Source: an uncultured Desulfovibrionaceae bacterium (GTDB lineage: Bacteria; Desulfobacterota; Desulfovibrionia; Desulfovibrionales; Desulfovibrionaceae). From it: a stretch of 64,000 nucleotides of DNA. How positions within the stretch are numbered: the first letter of the stretch is position 1; each line of letters opens with the position of its first letter. Below the pieces are notes generated by a model that did no database searches, was not told the origin of the DNA, and was given only the letters and a program-made list of their open reading frames with translations. Shown here one piece after another: positions 25,966 to 36,300 of the stretch. The stretch lies in assembly GCA_964370835.1 (NCBI GenBank), contig CAYJLO010000005.1, forward strand, positions 3,643 to 67,642, in the 5' to 3' direction. A program made the position numbers and the translations under genes.

Positions 25966-27276
25966 TTACGCCTTGAATTTGGCATAAATATATTTCACAT
26001 GGGGTACAAGATAAACTCCGCGCCCAATGTAAAAAAGCATAAAGGCAAACCACAAACCGTCATTACCCCAAAAGGGAATGGTTCCAAGGCCCAGTAAAAA
26101 AGAGAGCAGGGCCAAGAGTGTAGAGTTGCGTAAGGGTCTTGTGGTATCAGTGCCGGTGAAGACGCCGTAAACGGTGAGCCCAAAACCCGCCACCAAGGCA
26201 AAGACTGTGGACCAATGGTATACATGTGCAAAATTTTCTAAAACTTCAGCAATGTCGGTGAAGGCATACCCTATATTTTTGCCAAGCATGGTGAGTATTG
26301 TGGCTAACATGACCATAAAACCTACAGTCCATTCTAAATTACGTTGTAAGGTTAAACGTAAAAGGCCCATATTGTTTTCTCCAAGGGCCTTACCGGCAAA
26401 AACGGATGAAGTACTGGCCACACCATCATAAATATGGCTTACAAAAAATATGACTTGCATAAGCACAGCATTGGTGGCGAGAATATCAGTGCCCAAGGAT
26501 GCCCCCACCTTTGCCATCATATTGTACACCACCAAAGGGCACAGGGTTCGTATGAATAAATCGGTGTTGCTGTTAAGTATTTTAACCAATGTTTCTTTGC
26601 CCATAAGGCAAGCTTTGCGGCATTCGCGCAAGGTGAGCGTGGAGGTTTTGCCCGCAATATAGATCCCAAAACTTAAGGTGCATATTTGCGCTAGCAGTGT
26701 AGCCACAGCCACACCGGCCACACCCCATTCAAAGACCAGTACAAAAAGTAAATCCAAAATGATATTCAGCGCATTACCACTGACTTGCACATAGAGCACT
26801 TGTTTGGCTTTAGCTTGGCCCATGAGCCAGCCCACCACCACGTAATTGAGCAAAACCAAAGGCGCACCCCAAATAAGAATGCGAAAATACAAATGCGCTT
26901 GCTCTGCCACAGCAGGCTCAAGGGCAAAAAGCCTTTCTACCCCAAACCAAATGAAAGATTGAATAAGCACAAAGAACATGCCACAGGAGCTAGCTATAAT
27001 AGCCGGATGTACCAAACTTGTGATCAAGTGCTCACGAATACCATCGCCCAAAGCAATGGCACTTTGGCCTGTGGTGGCTACTCGAAAAAATCCCACCATC
27101 CAGTAGAGGGTATTTAATACTAAGGAACCAATGGCAACACCGCCAATATAGGCCGATGATTCCAAACGCCCCACCACAGCAGTGTCCACCGCTCCCAAGA
27201 GAGGCAGCGTCACTGCAGATAGAATGAAAGGAAAAGCGATGGTTGCATAATCCCTATGCGAAAGAGAAAGGTTCAT
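25966..27276 (-). CDS. MATE family efflux transporter (DinF-like)
   Basis: 436 aa with 12 TM helices. The N-terminus IAFPFILSAVTLPLLGAVDTAVVGRL is typical of the DinF subgroup. The start lies only 7 nt after the nikE stop. Confidence 0.8.
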   Translation of the reverse strand: MNLSLSHRDYATIAFPFILSAVTLPLLGAVDTAVVGRLESSAYIGGVAIGSLVLNTLYWMVGFFRVATTGQSAIALGDGIREHLITSLVHPAIIASSCGMFFVLIQSFIWFGVERLFALEPAVAEQAHLYFRILIWGAPLVLLNYVVVGWLMGQAKAKQVLYVQVSGNALNIILDLLFVLVFEWGVAGVAVATLLAQICTLSFGIYIAGKTSTLTLRECRKACLMGKETLVKILNSNTDLFIRTLCPLVVYNMMAKVGASLGTDILATNAVLMQVIFFVSHIYDGVASTSSVFAGKALGENNMGLLRLTLQRNLEWTVGFMVMLATILTMLGKNIGYAFTDIAEVLENFAHVYHWSTVFALVAGFGLTVYGVFTGTDTTRPLRNSTLLALLSFLLGLGTIPFWGNDGLWFAFMLFYIGRGVYLVPHVKYIYAKFKA

Positions 27277-27283
27277 GAAAAAT

Positions 27284-28072
27284 TTACTTTCCGCGACGCA
27301 TTTTACGAATAAAAGGTTGTTCTAATTGTTGCGCAGCCTGCAGAAGTTGGCGTGCATATTCATTTTTTGCTAAGGGCAAATCTTGCATGTTTTCAATATG
27401 CTCTGCCACAGAGCCTTTGTTTAAAAATATAAGCTTATCGCAAACATAGGTCGCAACGGTGATGTCATGTGTAATAAATAGAAAGGCAATGCTGTATTTA
27501 TGTTTCAGCTCACGCATAAGCATAAGAACTTGAGCTTGCACCGATACATCCAAAGAGCTCACAGCCTCATCAAAGAGAATAAAGGCCGGCTTGGGAGCAA
27601 TGGCTCTGGCAATGCATACGCGCTGCAATTGTCCGCCACTGAGCTGATGCGGGAAGCGATCTACCAATATTTCGCTTAAACCCACTTCATGTAAAAGCTC
27701 CACCATACGCTGCTTGATGGCATCTTTACTAAGGTGTAAACGGTGCAATGGTTCGGCTATGGCTTCCCCCACACGCATACGTGGATTGACTGAAGTCGTA
27801 TAATCTTGAAAAACCACACTACGCATGAGGGCATTGGCTTGCACTTCAGGGGCAAACTCAATACTACCGCCGTCGGGCTTCTCTAGGCCCAAAATAAGTT
27901 TACCTAGGGTGCTTTTTCCACTTCCAGATTCACCCACAATGCCAAGACACTCCCCTTTAGCCATGGAAAAAGATACGTTATGCAGAATTTGTTGACGTTC
28001 TTTTTTAAACAGGCCCGCATCCACCATAAAACTTTTACTGACGTCTTTTACATTAAGAAGCATGATGCGCAT
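27284..28072 (-). CDS. nikE: Nickel/peptide ABC transporter ATP-binding protein NikE
   Basis: Walker A GESGSGKST, signature LSGGQLQR, Walker B ILFDEAVS. It is the fifth gene of a nikABCDE-ordered operon and overlaps nikD by 20 nt. Confidence 0.8.
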   Translation of the reverse strand: MRIMLLNVKDVSKSFMVDAGLFKKERQQILHNVSFSMAKGECLGIVGESGSGKSTLGKLILGLEKPDGGSIEFAPEVQANALMRSVVFQDYTTSVNPRMRVGEAIAEPLHRLHLSKDAIKQRMVELLHEVGLSEILVDRFPHQLSGGQLQRVCIARAIAPKPAFILFDEAVSSLDVSVQAQVLMLMRELKHKYSIAFLFITHDITVATYVCDKLIFLNKGSVAEHIENMQDLPLAKNEYARQLLQAAQQLEQPFIRKMRRGK

Positions 28073-28874
28073 CCATTATTTTGGTAAAGGATTGAACAAT
28101 TTTTTGCCGTGTTTCAATGAGGTTACGGGTGTATTCCTCTTGTGGATTATAGAAAACATTATCAGTTTTTCCTTGTTCCACAACACGGCCTCTATGCATA
28201 ACAATAACTTCGTGGGCCACGTGCGAAACAAGGCTTAAATCGTGGCTAATGAAGATAAGAGCCGTATTAAAGGTGTCTCGAATATGAATAAGTTCACGAA
28301 TAACATCTTGTTGGCTCATATAGTCAATGGCGGTGGTGGGTTCATCGGCAATGATAAGATCCGGTTGCATGGCAAGGGCAAGAGCCACCATGATGCGTTG
28401 TAACATGCCGCCGCTGAGCTCATGGGGAAATTTATTGAAAATCAGCCCAGCATTTTTGAGATTAACTTTTTCAAAAATTCCTTCCATGGTTTCCAAGGCT
28501 TTTTTAGGCGTAAAATCATAATGAGCCATCACCGTTTCCACCACATGTTCACCAATGGTAAAGAGAGGATTAAAAGCCGTATTGGGATTTTGCAAAATCA
28601 TGCAAATTTTCTTACCGCGTAAACTACGTCTTTTTTCTGCATTCATTTCCAGCAAGTTTTCATCGTGAAAGATGGCCTTGCCCGTCATGGAAAAATGTTG
28701 ACTATCAAGGAGACCATTGATGGCAGAGCAAGTAATGCTTTTTCCGCTGCCGGACTCACCCACAATGCCAAGGCATTGGTGCTTATCTAAGGTAAAGGAC
28801 ACATTATGTGTTAAGGGTACTTCTTTACCGCCGCTGCGATGGCTTACCGAAAGATTTTCCACATGTAATAACAT
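28053..28874 (-). CDS. nikD: Nickel/peptide ABC transporter ATP-binding protein NikD
   Basis: Walker A GESGSGKS, signature LSGGMLQR, Walker B LIIADEPTT. Its start shares 1 nt (28874) with the nikC stop codon. Confidence 0.8.
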   Translation of the reverse strand: MLLHVENLSVSHRSGGKEVPLTHNVSFTLDKHQCLGIVGESGSGKSITCSAINGLLDSQHFSMTGKAIFHDENLLEMNAEKRRSLRGKKICMILQNPNTAFNPLFTIGEHVVETVMAHYDFTPKKALETMEGIFEKVNLKNAGLIFNKFPHELSGGMLQRIMVALALAMQPDLIIADEPTTAIDYMSQQDVIRELIHIRDTFNTALIFISHDLSLVSHVAHEVIVMHRGRVVEQGKTDNVFYNPQEEYTRNLIETRQKIVQSFTKIMDAHHAS

Positions 28875-29692
28875 TAGGCATTCTCCTTGGGGTCAAAAAT
28901 ATCACGCAGGCAGTCGCCTAAGAGGTTAAATGCAGACACCACAATCATAATGGCAATGCCGGGCACCAGCATTTGTTCAGGATTGGTAAGCAGCACTTCC
29001 TTAGCCTCACTAAGCATGGCGCCCCATTCAGCCGTGGGCGGTTGCACCCCAAGACCCAAGAAGGATAATGTGGAAATGCTGATGATAATCCAGCCAAGAT
29101 CCAGTGTTGCCAGCAGTGCAATGGGGCTAGCCACGTTGGGTAAAAGTTGACGAAGCAAAATATAGCTTTTGGGAGTACCCACCGTTTGTGAATATAGAAT
29201 ATAATTTTGATGGGTAAGTGAAAGCACATCCGTGCGGATAAGTCGCACATACCATGCGATTTTGGCCACAATATTGGCAATAACTATATTGGTAAGACCA
29301 GGCCCAAGAACACCCACAATGCTGAGCACCAATACTTCATAGGGAAAGGAAAGGAGTACATCGCAAGCGCGCATGATGAATTCATCCACCTTGCCCTTAA
29401 AATATCCCGAAGCTATGCCAATGATGGAGCCAATGGCTGCCGTGATGAGCATGGTCACAAAGGAGTAGAATAAGGTTGTGCGCACGCCAAAAAGCATGCG
29501 CGAATAGACATCACGTCCAAGATTATCTGTACCGAGCCAATGTTCGGCAGAAAAGGGTGCTAAAGTGTCAATGATATCGGCTTCGTTGGGATCATAAGGA
29601 GCAATCCACGGGGCTAAAATACCCAGCACGGCCACAAAGCCAATGATGAGTATGCAGGCCATGGCCGTTTTGTGGGCAAAAATCTTAGACAT
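28874..29692 (-). CDS. nikC: Nickel/peptide ABC transporter permease NikC
   Basis: DppC/NikC-type permease of 272 aa with 6 TM helices and the EAA-loop region YSQTVGTPKSYILLRQLLPNV. Confidence 0.8.
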   Translation of the reverse strand: MSKIFAHKTAMACILIIGFVAVLGILAPWIAPYDPNEADIIDTLAPFSAEHWLGTDNLGRDVYSRMLFGVRTTLFYSFVTMLITAAIGSIIGIASGYFKGKVDEFIMRACDVLLSFPYEVLVLSIVGVLGPGLTNIVIANIVAKIAWYVRLIRTDVLSLTHQNYILYSQTVGTPKSYILLRQLLPNVASPIALLATLDLGWIIISISTLSFLGLGVQPPTAEWGAMLSEAKEVLLTNPEQMLVPGIAIMIVVSAFNLLGDCLRDIFDPKENA

Positions 29693-30629
29693 TTTGCACT
29701 CCTTTTTTCAAACGTGGATCCACAAGACAATGCAAAATATCTATAAGAAAGTTGGTTACCACAAAGAGTACGCCCATAATAAGAATGTAGGCCTGGATGG
29801 TGGGAAAATCTCTGTTGAAAATACTGGCAACGCAAAGGCGTCCAATGCCCGGAATGGCAAAAATATTTTCGATGACCACTGTGCCGGATAAAATACGTAC
29901 AATACCAATGCCTATGGCAGTCATGGATGATTGTAAGGAGTTTTTCAGCACATGAACCCAAATAATACGTTTTTCTTTAATGCCGCGAGCTCTGGCATAC
30001 AGGGTGTAATTTTGCTTCATATTTTCCAGCATACTATTACGAATAAGACGCACATAGGTGGAAATATAAAGCATATTAAGCGAAATGGCCGGCAAAATAT
30101 AATGCATGAGGGTGGTCGTACCACTGCTTGGGAAAATCTTCCATGTGATGGAAAACAACCAAATAAGCAAGAAGGCCAACCAAAAATTGGGAACAGACGT
30201 TCCAGCAAATATAAAAACGCGAACGCCCTTATCAAAAAGACTGTCCTTCCATACGGCAGAAAGCACCCCCAGAGGCAAGCTTATGCACACCAGCATAACA
30301 AAGGCCACTGCGGCTAATTTCAATGTGTAAGGAAAGCTACGAGCAAATTCACTGGCTACGGTTCTGTCTGCATTGGTATAAGAAACACCAAAATCAAGCT
30401 GTAAACAGTTTTGTACCCAGCCCACATACCGTTCTAAGAAGGAGCGATTAAGCCCTAATTCTTCTTTCATTTCCTCAATGGCTTCAGGGGTGGGCACGAT
30501 ATCGTTTACTCGTAAAGCAATTTCTGCGGGGTCCCCTGGAGAAAGGCTAATGATGGAAAAAGCCAAAAAGGAAACTGCCAACACAGTGAGCAACATGATG
30601 CACAGTTTTTTAATAAGATAATTTGCCAT
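29685..30629 (-). CDS. nikB: Nickel/peptide ABC transporter permease NikB
   Basis: DppB/NikB-type permease of 314 aa. The N-terminus is MANYLIKKL.. and the EAA-loop region is YARARGIKEKRIIWVHVLKNSL. Confidence 0.8.
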   Translation of the reverse strand: MANYLIKKLCIMLLTVLAVSFLAFSIISLSPGDPAEIALRVNDIVPTPEAIEEMKEELGLNRSFLERYVGWVQNCLQLDFGVSYTNADRTVASEFARSFPYTLKLAAVAFVMLVCISLPLGVLSAVWKDSLFDKGVRVFIFAGTSVPNFWLAFLLIWLFSITWKIFPSSGTTTLMHYILPAISLNMLYISTYVRLIRNSMLENMKQNYTLYARARGIKEKRIIWVHVLKNSLQSSMTAIGIGIVRILSGTVVIENIFAIPGIGRLCVASIFNRDFPTIQAYILIMGVLFVVTNFLIDILHCLVDPRLKKGVQNV

Positions 30630-30651
30630 ATGTATCGCTTTTGGTTGAAAT

Positions 30652-30696
30652 GTAAAAAGGCTTGCCCCGTGTGAAGGAAGGGAACACAGGGCAAGC
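30652..30696 (-). terminator. Intra-operon attenuator/terminator between nikA and nikB
   Basis: Minus strand: GCTTGCCCTGTGT ...loop... ACACGGGGCAAGC (13-bp stem, one mismatch) followed by CTTTTTAC. This arrangement is typical of ABC operons that over-express the binding protein. Confidence 0.6.
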
Positions 30697-30710
30697 TGTA
30701 TGAGGTAAAA

Positions 30711-32312
30711 CTATTTTACAGTCATACGTTGTAAGGGAATTTCAAATTGCGAAGGGTTAAAGCCCACGCCACCTACTTTCTTATTAAAGATAGCTCGGTT
30801 ACGTTCAAAGGTGAGGGGGAGGTATACGGCTTCATTTTGCAAAGTGGTTAGAATCCATGTGTATAATTCTTGGCGCTTGTTTTCATCTACAGATTTTAAA
30901 GCTTCCAAGATGGTTGCATCGATTTTCTTTTTATCCTTAAGGCCTTGTTGTGCGGCATAGTCACCATACACAGCAGGGGTACGCATGCTGCCCATGAAGG
31001 ATTGTGGGTCATAAGGAGTGCCCCAAGATATGTTGAAAGAAATATCGAAATTACCGGCTTTTAAGCGATCACGGTGGGCTTGTTCTTCTTCGCCTACAAT
31101 GTCCATGATTACGCCGGATTTGGCCCACATGCTTTGTAAATATTGAGCAATGGTACGCTCAATAACTTTGTCGCTATCATAGGTAAGTGTAATTTTAAGC
31201 TCTTTACCATCTTTTTTACGTACTTTACCGTCCATTTTCCAACCGGCGGCATCTAAAAGTTCAGCGGCTTTCTTTTCATCGTGGGTAAAGTGGGGAAGGT
31301 CGATGTTTGCATAAGGAATGGTTTTAGCGAAAATTGTGTAAGCAGGAGATTCCAAACCTAACATGATTTTATCACTAATAATTTGGCGATCAGTTAAGTG
31401 TTGTAAGGCTTGACGCACACGCACATCACTTAAATTGGGGCTGGTGGTATTGAGTACCATCATGCGTGTGGAGACGGGGTCAGAAAGAGCGCCGCCAAAA
31501 CCGTCCATCTTGGAAAAACGCTCGTAGGCTTTGGCATTAATGAGTTGCAAACCATAGATAAGGTCCACATCGCCATTTTCTAAAGCCAAAAGACGAGCTT
31601 GGTTATCAGGAATAACCTTAGCTACAATTTTTTCCACTGCAGGTTTTTCGCCCCAGTAATTTTCATTGCGCACAAAAGTAGATTGCTGGTCAATGACATT
31701 TTCTTCAAGCACATAAGAGCCGGTGCCGTTTAAGCAAAGGGTACCGTTTTTGGTGGTGCCTTCTTTAAAGCAGGCAGGAGAGAGCATGCGAAAAGGACGC
31801 ACGACACCAAGTTCTACCAAGAAAGGATAATAGGCTTCGGGGAATTCCACTTCTACAGTGTAGTCATCCATTTTACGGATGGCTTTTTTACCCGCTTTTT
31901 CTGTTTCTTGCATAAGGCGTACGGATTCAAGCCAACCATGGCGCGTGCCATTGTCCAGAAGGGCATAGAGATTTTTCACCACAGCATCGGCATTGAAGGC
32001 TGTGCCATCGCTAAATTTTACACCTTGACGTAATTTAAAAGTGTAAATTGTCCCCTCAGAGTTCACGGTCCAACTTTCTGCAAGCCACGGAGAAGGCATA
32101 CCTTTTTGGTCAATGTAAATTAATCCTTCGAACAGCAAGTTTTGTGCAAAAATTTCTCCACTATAGATGTGTGGGTTTAAATCACGTAAATCTCGATAGT
32201 TAGCAAAAGTGAGTGTGGATTCATCCTTGGCCTGAGCTACGCTTGCTAAGGAACCTCCAAGCCCCATACCCATGGCTAAAAATAATGCCAACACTGTAAT
32301 CTTCTTGCGCAT
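30711..32312 (-). CDS. nikA: Periplasmic nickel-binding protein NikA (family 5 SBP)
   Basis: Several blocks match E. coli NikA as I recall it: LNPH(I/L)Y..(E/Q)(I/M)FAQ, (F/T)FKLR..VKFS(D/N)G..F(N/D)A, FVRNENYWGEKPA, WG(T/A)PYDP..F..SMR, and LH/LQ(D/N)EAVYLP(L/I). Signal peptide MRKKITVLALFLAMGMGLGGSLASVAQA. The ATG at 32312 is preceded by GGAGAAGG and is preferred over the GTG at 32339. Confidence 0.85.
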   Translation of the reverse strand: MRKKITVLALFLAMGMGLGGSLASVAQAKDESTLTFANYRDLRDLNPHIYSGEIFAQNLLFEGLIYIDQKGMPSPWLAESWTVNSEGTIYTFKLRQGVKFSDGTAFNADAVVKNLYALLDNGTRHGWLESVRLMQETEKAGKKAIRKMDDYTVEVEFPEAYYPFLVELGVVRPFRMLSPACFKEGTTKNGTLCLNGTGSYVLEENVIDQQSTFVRNENYWGEKPAVEKIVAKVIPDNQARLLALENGDVDLIYGLQLINAKAYERFSKMDGFGGALSDPVSTRMMVLNTTSPNLSDVRVRQALQHLTDRQIISDKIMLGLESPAYTIFAKTIPYANIDLPHFTHDEKKAAELLDAAGWKMDGKVRKKDGKELKITLTYDSDKVIERTIAQYLQSMWAKSGVIMDIVGEEEQAHRDRLKAGNFDISFNISWGTPYDPQSFMGSMRTPAVYGDYAAQQGLKDKKKIDATILEALKSVDENKRQELYTWILTTLQNEAVYLPLTFERNRAIFNKKVGGVGFNPSQFEIPLQRMTVK

Positions 32313-32367
32313 ACCTTCTCCCTGTACATGTTTCGCCACATGTATTCAGTTTCGATAATTAAAAAAA

Positions 32368-32389
32368 GTATTGGCAGTTTTACCAATAC
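32368..32389. promoter_or_regulatory. Palindrome GTATTGG-N8-CCAATAC overlapping the putative nikA promoter (candidate repressor operator)
   Basis: The perfect 7-bp arms lie at 32368-32374 and 32383-32389. On the minus strand the palindrome overlaps a TTGGTA-N17-TTTAAT promoter-like sequence about 50-75 nt upstream of the nikA ATG. Confidence 0.35.
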
Positions 32390-32398
32390 GGAAACCTT

Positions 32399-32426
32399 AA
32401 AAAAGAATGCCTCCTAAAGAGGAGGC
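32399..32426 (-). terminator. Rho-independent terminator on the minus strand, just upstream of the nikA promoter
   Basis: Minus strand: GCCTCCT cttt AGGAGGC (7-bp GC-rich stem, 4-nt loop) followed by ATTCTTTTTT. It would end either a ~950-nt gltB 3' extension or an independent transcript from the gap. Confidence 0.55.
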
Positions 32427-33379
32427 GCAAATGCAGTATAAGTAAAAATGAAATCCATTGTCAATGAATGTTCTGAAAAACATCACCCTATGTTAATATA
32501 TTGTTACTATGCATTATTCTTTTCAATGGAATTTATATTATTATTTTAGCGAGATAAGGCGTGTTATGGTGGGTGTTTCTTGATTGGAAAATTCACAAAA
32601 TGTGACATCTGAGTTTATACTTTAATTTTTGTTTTTATCTATAGAAACAGATAGATAGTGGGGTCGTGTTGCATTGGGCGTTTCGTGAAATATGGGGCGC
32701 GGATTGATGCATTTATTGAATGAGCATCATGGTAGTGGCGTTTCATGTGACATGGTAGGTGTTTAGGTTGCGCCCGATTACCCTTTAGTTATGGTGAGTG
32801 AGGGGCTATAGTGAAGAAGTAACTTGTTGTGGGTATATGATGTTTTTTATTTTATGGTGGTTTGTGTGCAACAAAAAGTATTTGTGTATTGCTTTTTTTA
32901 AAATTGCTAAGGTACCTCATCGTCCATGACACAATGGTATTGAAGTCATATTTACCTTCAAATGGCCTTATGGATTTTCCATGGTTAGGTATGACATTTT
33001 GTCTTTGAGATTTTTCACAGGAGAGCATGTGTTTTGCCGCGAAATAGGCTTAGGTCTAAATATTCAAGACGTATGATGGATGATTCTTGGCCCAGTAAAA
33101 GGGCTATGGCGCGCATGAAGATTGCGTATGGGTGTGTCTTCAGAGCATACCTTCTTACTTAGTTCGTAAACCAAGTAAGAAGGTACTGCTGTGAAGTACT
33201 ATTTTTGTCTAGTGTGCTTTGGTATTTGTAACGTATTTTTTTCCTCCCAAAGCCCTTTTTTTACTAAAAAGGGGGTGTAACCTTTATAAGCTGTGCGCTG
33301 CAAGCTACCCATAGGAGTGTACCTCGTTTATAGCCTGACAAGCCATCTGCTCGATGAATGGAAAGCCCTGTGCAAAAAA

Positions 33380-36300
33380 TTAATTTGCCATGAAAACTTC
33401 TTCCGTTGCAGCTATGGTTTCTTGCCCGTGACGGGTGTTTTTTTGTTGTCTTTCCAGGGCTTCTTTGTGCTCAAGAGGCATGACTTTTACAAAAAGTGGT
33501 AAGGCGGCTTCCCAATTCTTAAGCAGCGATTCTGCTTTTGCACTGCCTGTATAGTGATTATGTTGTTCAATAAGGGAGCGCAACAAATTACAATCTTCAG
33601 GACTTTTGACCGATTCTAAGTCGACGCTATCTGTGTTGCAGCGATTTTGGAAGCGTTCATTCTTATCATACACAAAGGCAACGCCACCACTCATACCGGC
33701 GGCAAAGTTATACCCACACTCACCAAGTGCAACCACAACTCCACCCGTCATATATTCACAACCATGGTCGCCCATGCCTTCCACCACAGCCACTGCTCCG
33801 GAATTACGCACGGCAAAGCGTTCACCGGCCATGCCGCAAAAATAAGCTTCGCCACTTGTTGCACCATATAAGGCCACATTGCCCACAATGGCTTGCTCTT
33901 CGGCAACGAAATGACTTTCTCGTGCAGGAGTTATCACAACAATACCGCCGCTAAGTCCTTTACCCACATAATCATTGGCATCTCCGCGTACGGTAATGGT
34001 GACGCCGCTGGTTAAAAATGCCCCAAGGCTTTGTCCGGCAGAGCCTTGAAGATTGATGGTGTAGGAGTGTTGCGGTAAGCGGCGCTTCATTAAGCGTCTT
34101 GCAATTTCACCGGCAAGGCGTGTGCCGATGGCTCTGTCGGTATTTATTATGGTGCCACTGTATGTGCAACGTACCGGTTTTCCGAGTAAAAGCTGTTCAG
34201 CTCGCTCCATTATTTTTCTATCTAAGCGCGATGGTGCCTCGTGGGCATCTTCACATGCTTTCCATGGAGCAAGGCCTTGGCAAGTGCATTTGAAAAATGT
34301 TGATAAATCAAGATGCTTCGCTCTTTCTGATAGGTTAGCGCGGGCTTGTAAAAAGTCTGCTCTACCAATGAGCTCTTGTACTGTGGCTATGCCAAGTTGT
34401 GCCATATGCTTGCGTAAGTCTTCTGCCATGAAGAAAAACATGCGCTGTATATGTTCAGCTTTGCCGCTAAATCTAGCGCGTAACTTTGGTTCTTGCGTAG
34501 CAATGCCTGCAACACATGCCCCTTTGTAGCATTGGCGGCACATAACACAACCAAGGCTTACCAACAAAGCTGTTCCCACGCTGCATTCTTCAGCGCCAAG
34601 CATGAAGGCAATGAGCATGTCATAACCATTACGAATGAGTCCATCGGTGCGTAATTTTATTTTATTACGCAAGCCATTGGCAAGTAAAGCTTCATGGACT
34701 TCCAAAAGTCCCATTTCCCACGGTAAGCCTGTTTGCTGTATGCTAGATAAAGGAGATGAGCCTGTTCCACCATCGTGTCCGGAGACAAGTATTTGATCAG
34801 CGCCGGCCTTGGCAACTCCCACAGCCACAGTACCGACCCCTGCCTCAGCCACTAGCTTCACTGAAATGGTTGCCGTGGGTTGAATGCGTCTTAAGTCATA
34901 AATGAGCTGTGCCAAATCCTCAATGGAGTAAATGTCATGGTGAGGTGGCGGTGAAATAAGCGTTACCCCTTGACTTGTTCCACGCGCAAATGCGATTTCT
35001 TTTGTAACCTTGTGACCAGGCAATTGACCTCCTTCGCCTGGTTTTGCTCCTTGTGCCATTTTGATTTGAATTTCATCGGCATGGGCAAGATAATGCGCGG
35101 TTACACCAAAACGTCCTGAAGCTATTTGACGTACTCTAGAGCGTATGTCTTTGCCATCTTCGGTGAGAGAGGAGCGTTGCATTTCCTCACCACCTTCACC
35201 GCAATTACTACGTGCTCCTACGCCATTGCAAGCTTCGGCAATGGTTTCATGGGCTTCGCGGCTTAATGAACCAAAGGACATGGCAGCGCCCACAAAACGT
35301 TTTACAATTTCTGCACTGGACTCTACTTCTTCAAGCGCAATGGGTGATCCCCTTTTTACGCTAAAAAGATCTCGTAGTGTAATGGATGTGGTGGTGGGTT
35401 GGGCATAGTCGGCAAAAGCCGCGGCGTCGTTGTCTCGCACTGCCTTGTGCAATAGTTTTACACTGTCTTTAGTCCACAAGCGTGAAGTTTCTTGAGACTT
35501 TGTTTCTGTGGTGCCATAAGCTTGTGCATGGCGAGTTAAGGCGTCTTTTGCAATATAATCAAGACCTATGCCACCAATTCTCGAAGGTGTGCCGCAAAAA
35601 TAGGTATTCACAAGGCTTGCTTCAAGACCAAGGGCCTCAAAATAGTATCCGCTTTTGAATGAACGCTGCGTGGAGATGCCAAGGCGTGCAAAAGCTTTGA
35701 GCATGCCTTTTTTCAGTGCTGAAATATAGTTGGCTTGAGCCATGTGTGGCGAAATCTCAGCAAGTTTACCGGCTTCGGCCAACTGCTTCACTGTATCAAG
35801 AGCCGCATAGGGACAAATGCCGCTAGCGCCATAGGCCGAAAGTAGTACCATGTGCATAACTTCAAAGGCTTCGCCTGATTCCACTATGAGGCCGCATAAA
35901 TGCCGCTTTTCTGCGCGCTGCAAATGATGATGTAAGGCAGACAGAGCCAAGAGGCTTGGTATGGGCGCGCGTGTTGTACTGCTCTTGGTGTCGCTGATAA
36001 TCAATATGGTTGCACCGTCTTCAAGGGCTTTTTCCGCAGCTTTAAACATGTCTTGTAAGCCTTGTTCGAGGGCCAGCCCAGTGTGATCTGTGTTTGCATC
36101 AAGCGTAGCTTCAAAAGTGGCGTCAAGGGTGTGAGCTTGCACTTCCTTGCGCGTGGACATGCGTATGTGCAAGAGTTCGTTGCGATCAAGGAAGGGATGC
36201 GGCAAGCGTAAAATGGCGCAATTTTCTGGCGTTGGTTCCAATATATTGCGTTCTGCACCGGCAAAATTCATCAACGACATGGAAAGCTCTTCACGTAAGG

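Noticed and set aside
33068-33100. E. coli-type NikR half-site GTATGA at about 33071.
   Set aside because: There is no TCATAC partner at N16, and the site is about 750 nt from the nikA start.
32427-33379. Idea that the gap downstream of gltB is a decayed gltD (GOGAT small subunit) gene.
   Set aside because: I could see no ORF fragments of 60 aa or more and no GltD-like motifs (Fe-S Cys clusters, GxGxxG) in any frame by eye. The 1507-aa enzyme may be a stand-alone Fd-GOGAT. This needs BLASTX to exclude properly.
33293-33502. 69-aa plus-strand ORF overlapping the gltB 3' end.
   Set aside because: It overlaps a strongly supported CDS on the opposite strand and has no RBS or motifs.
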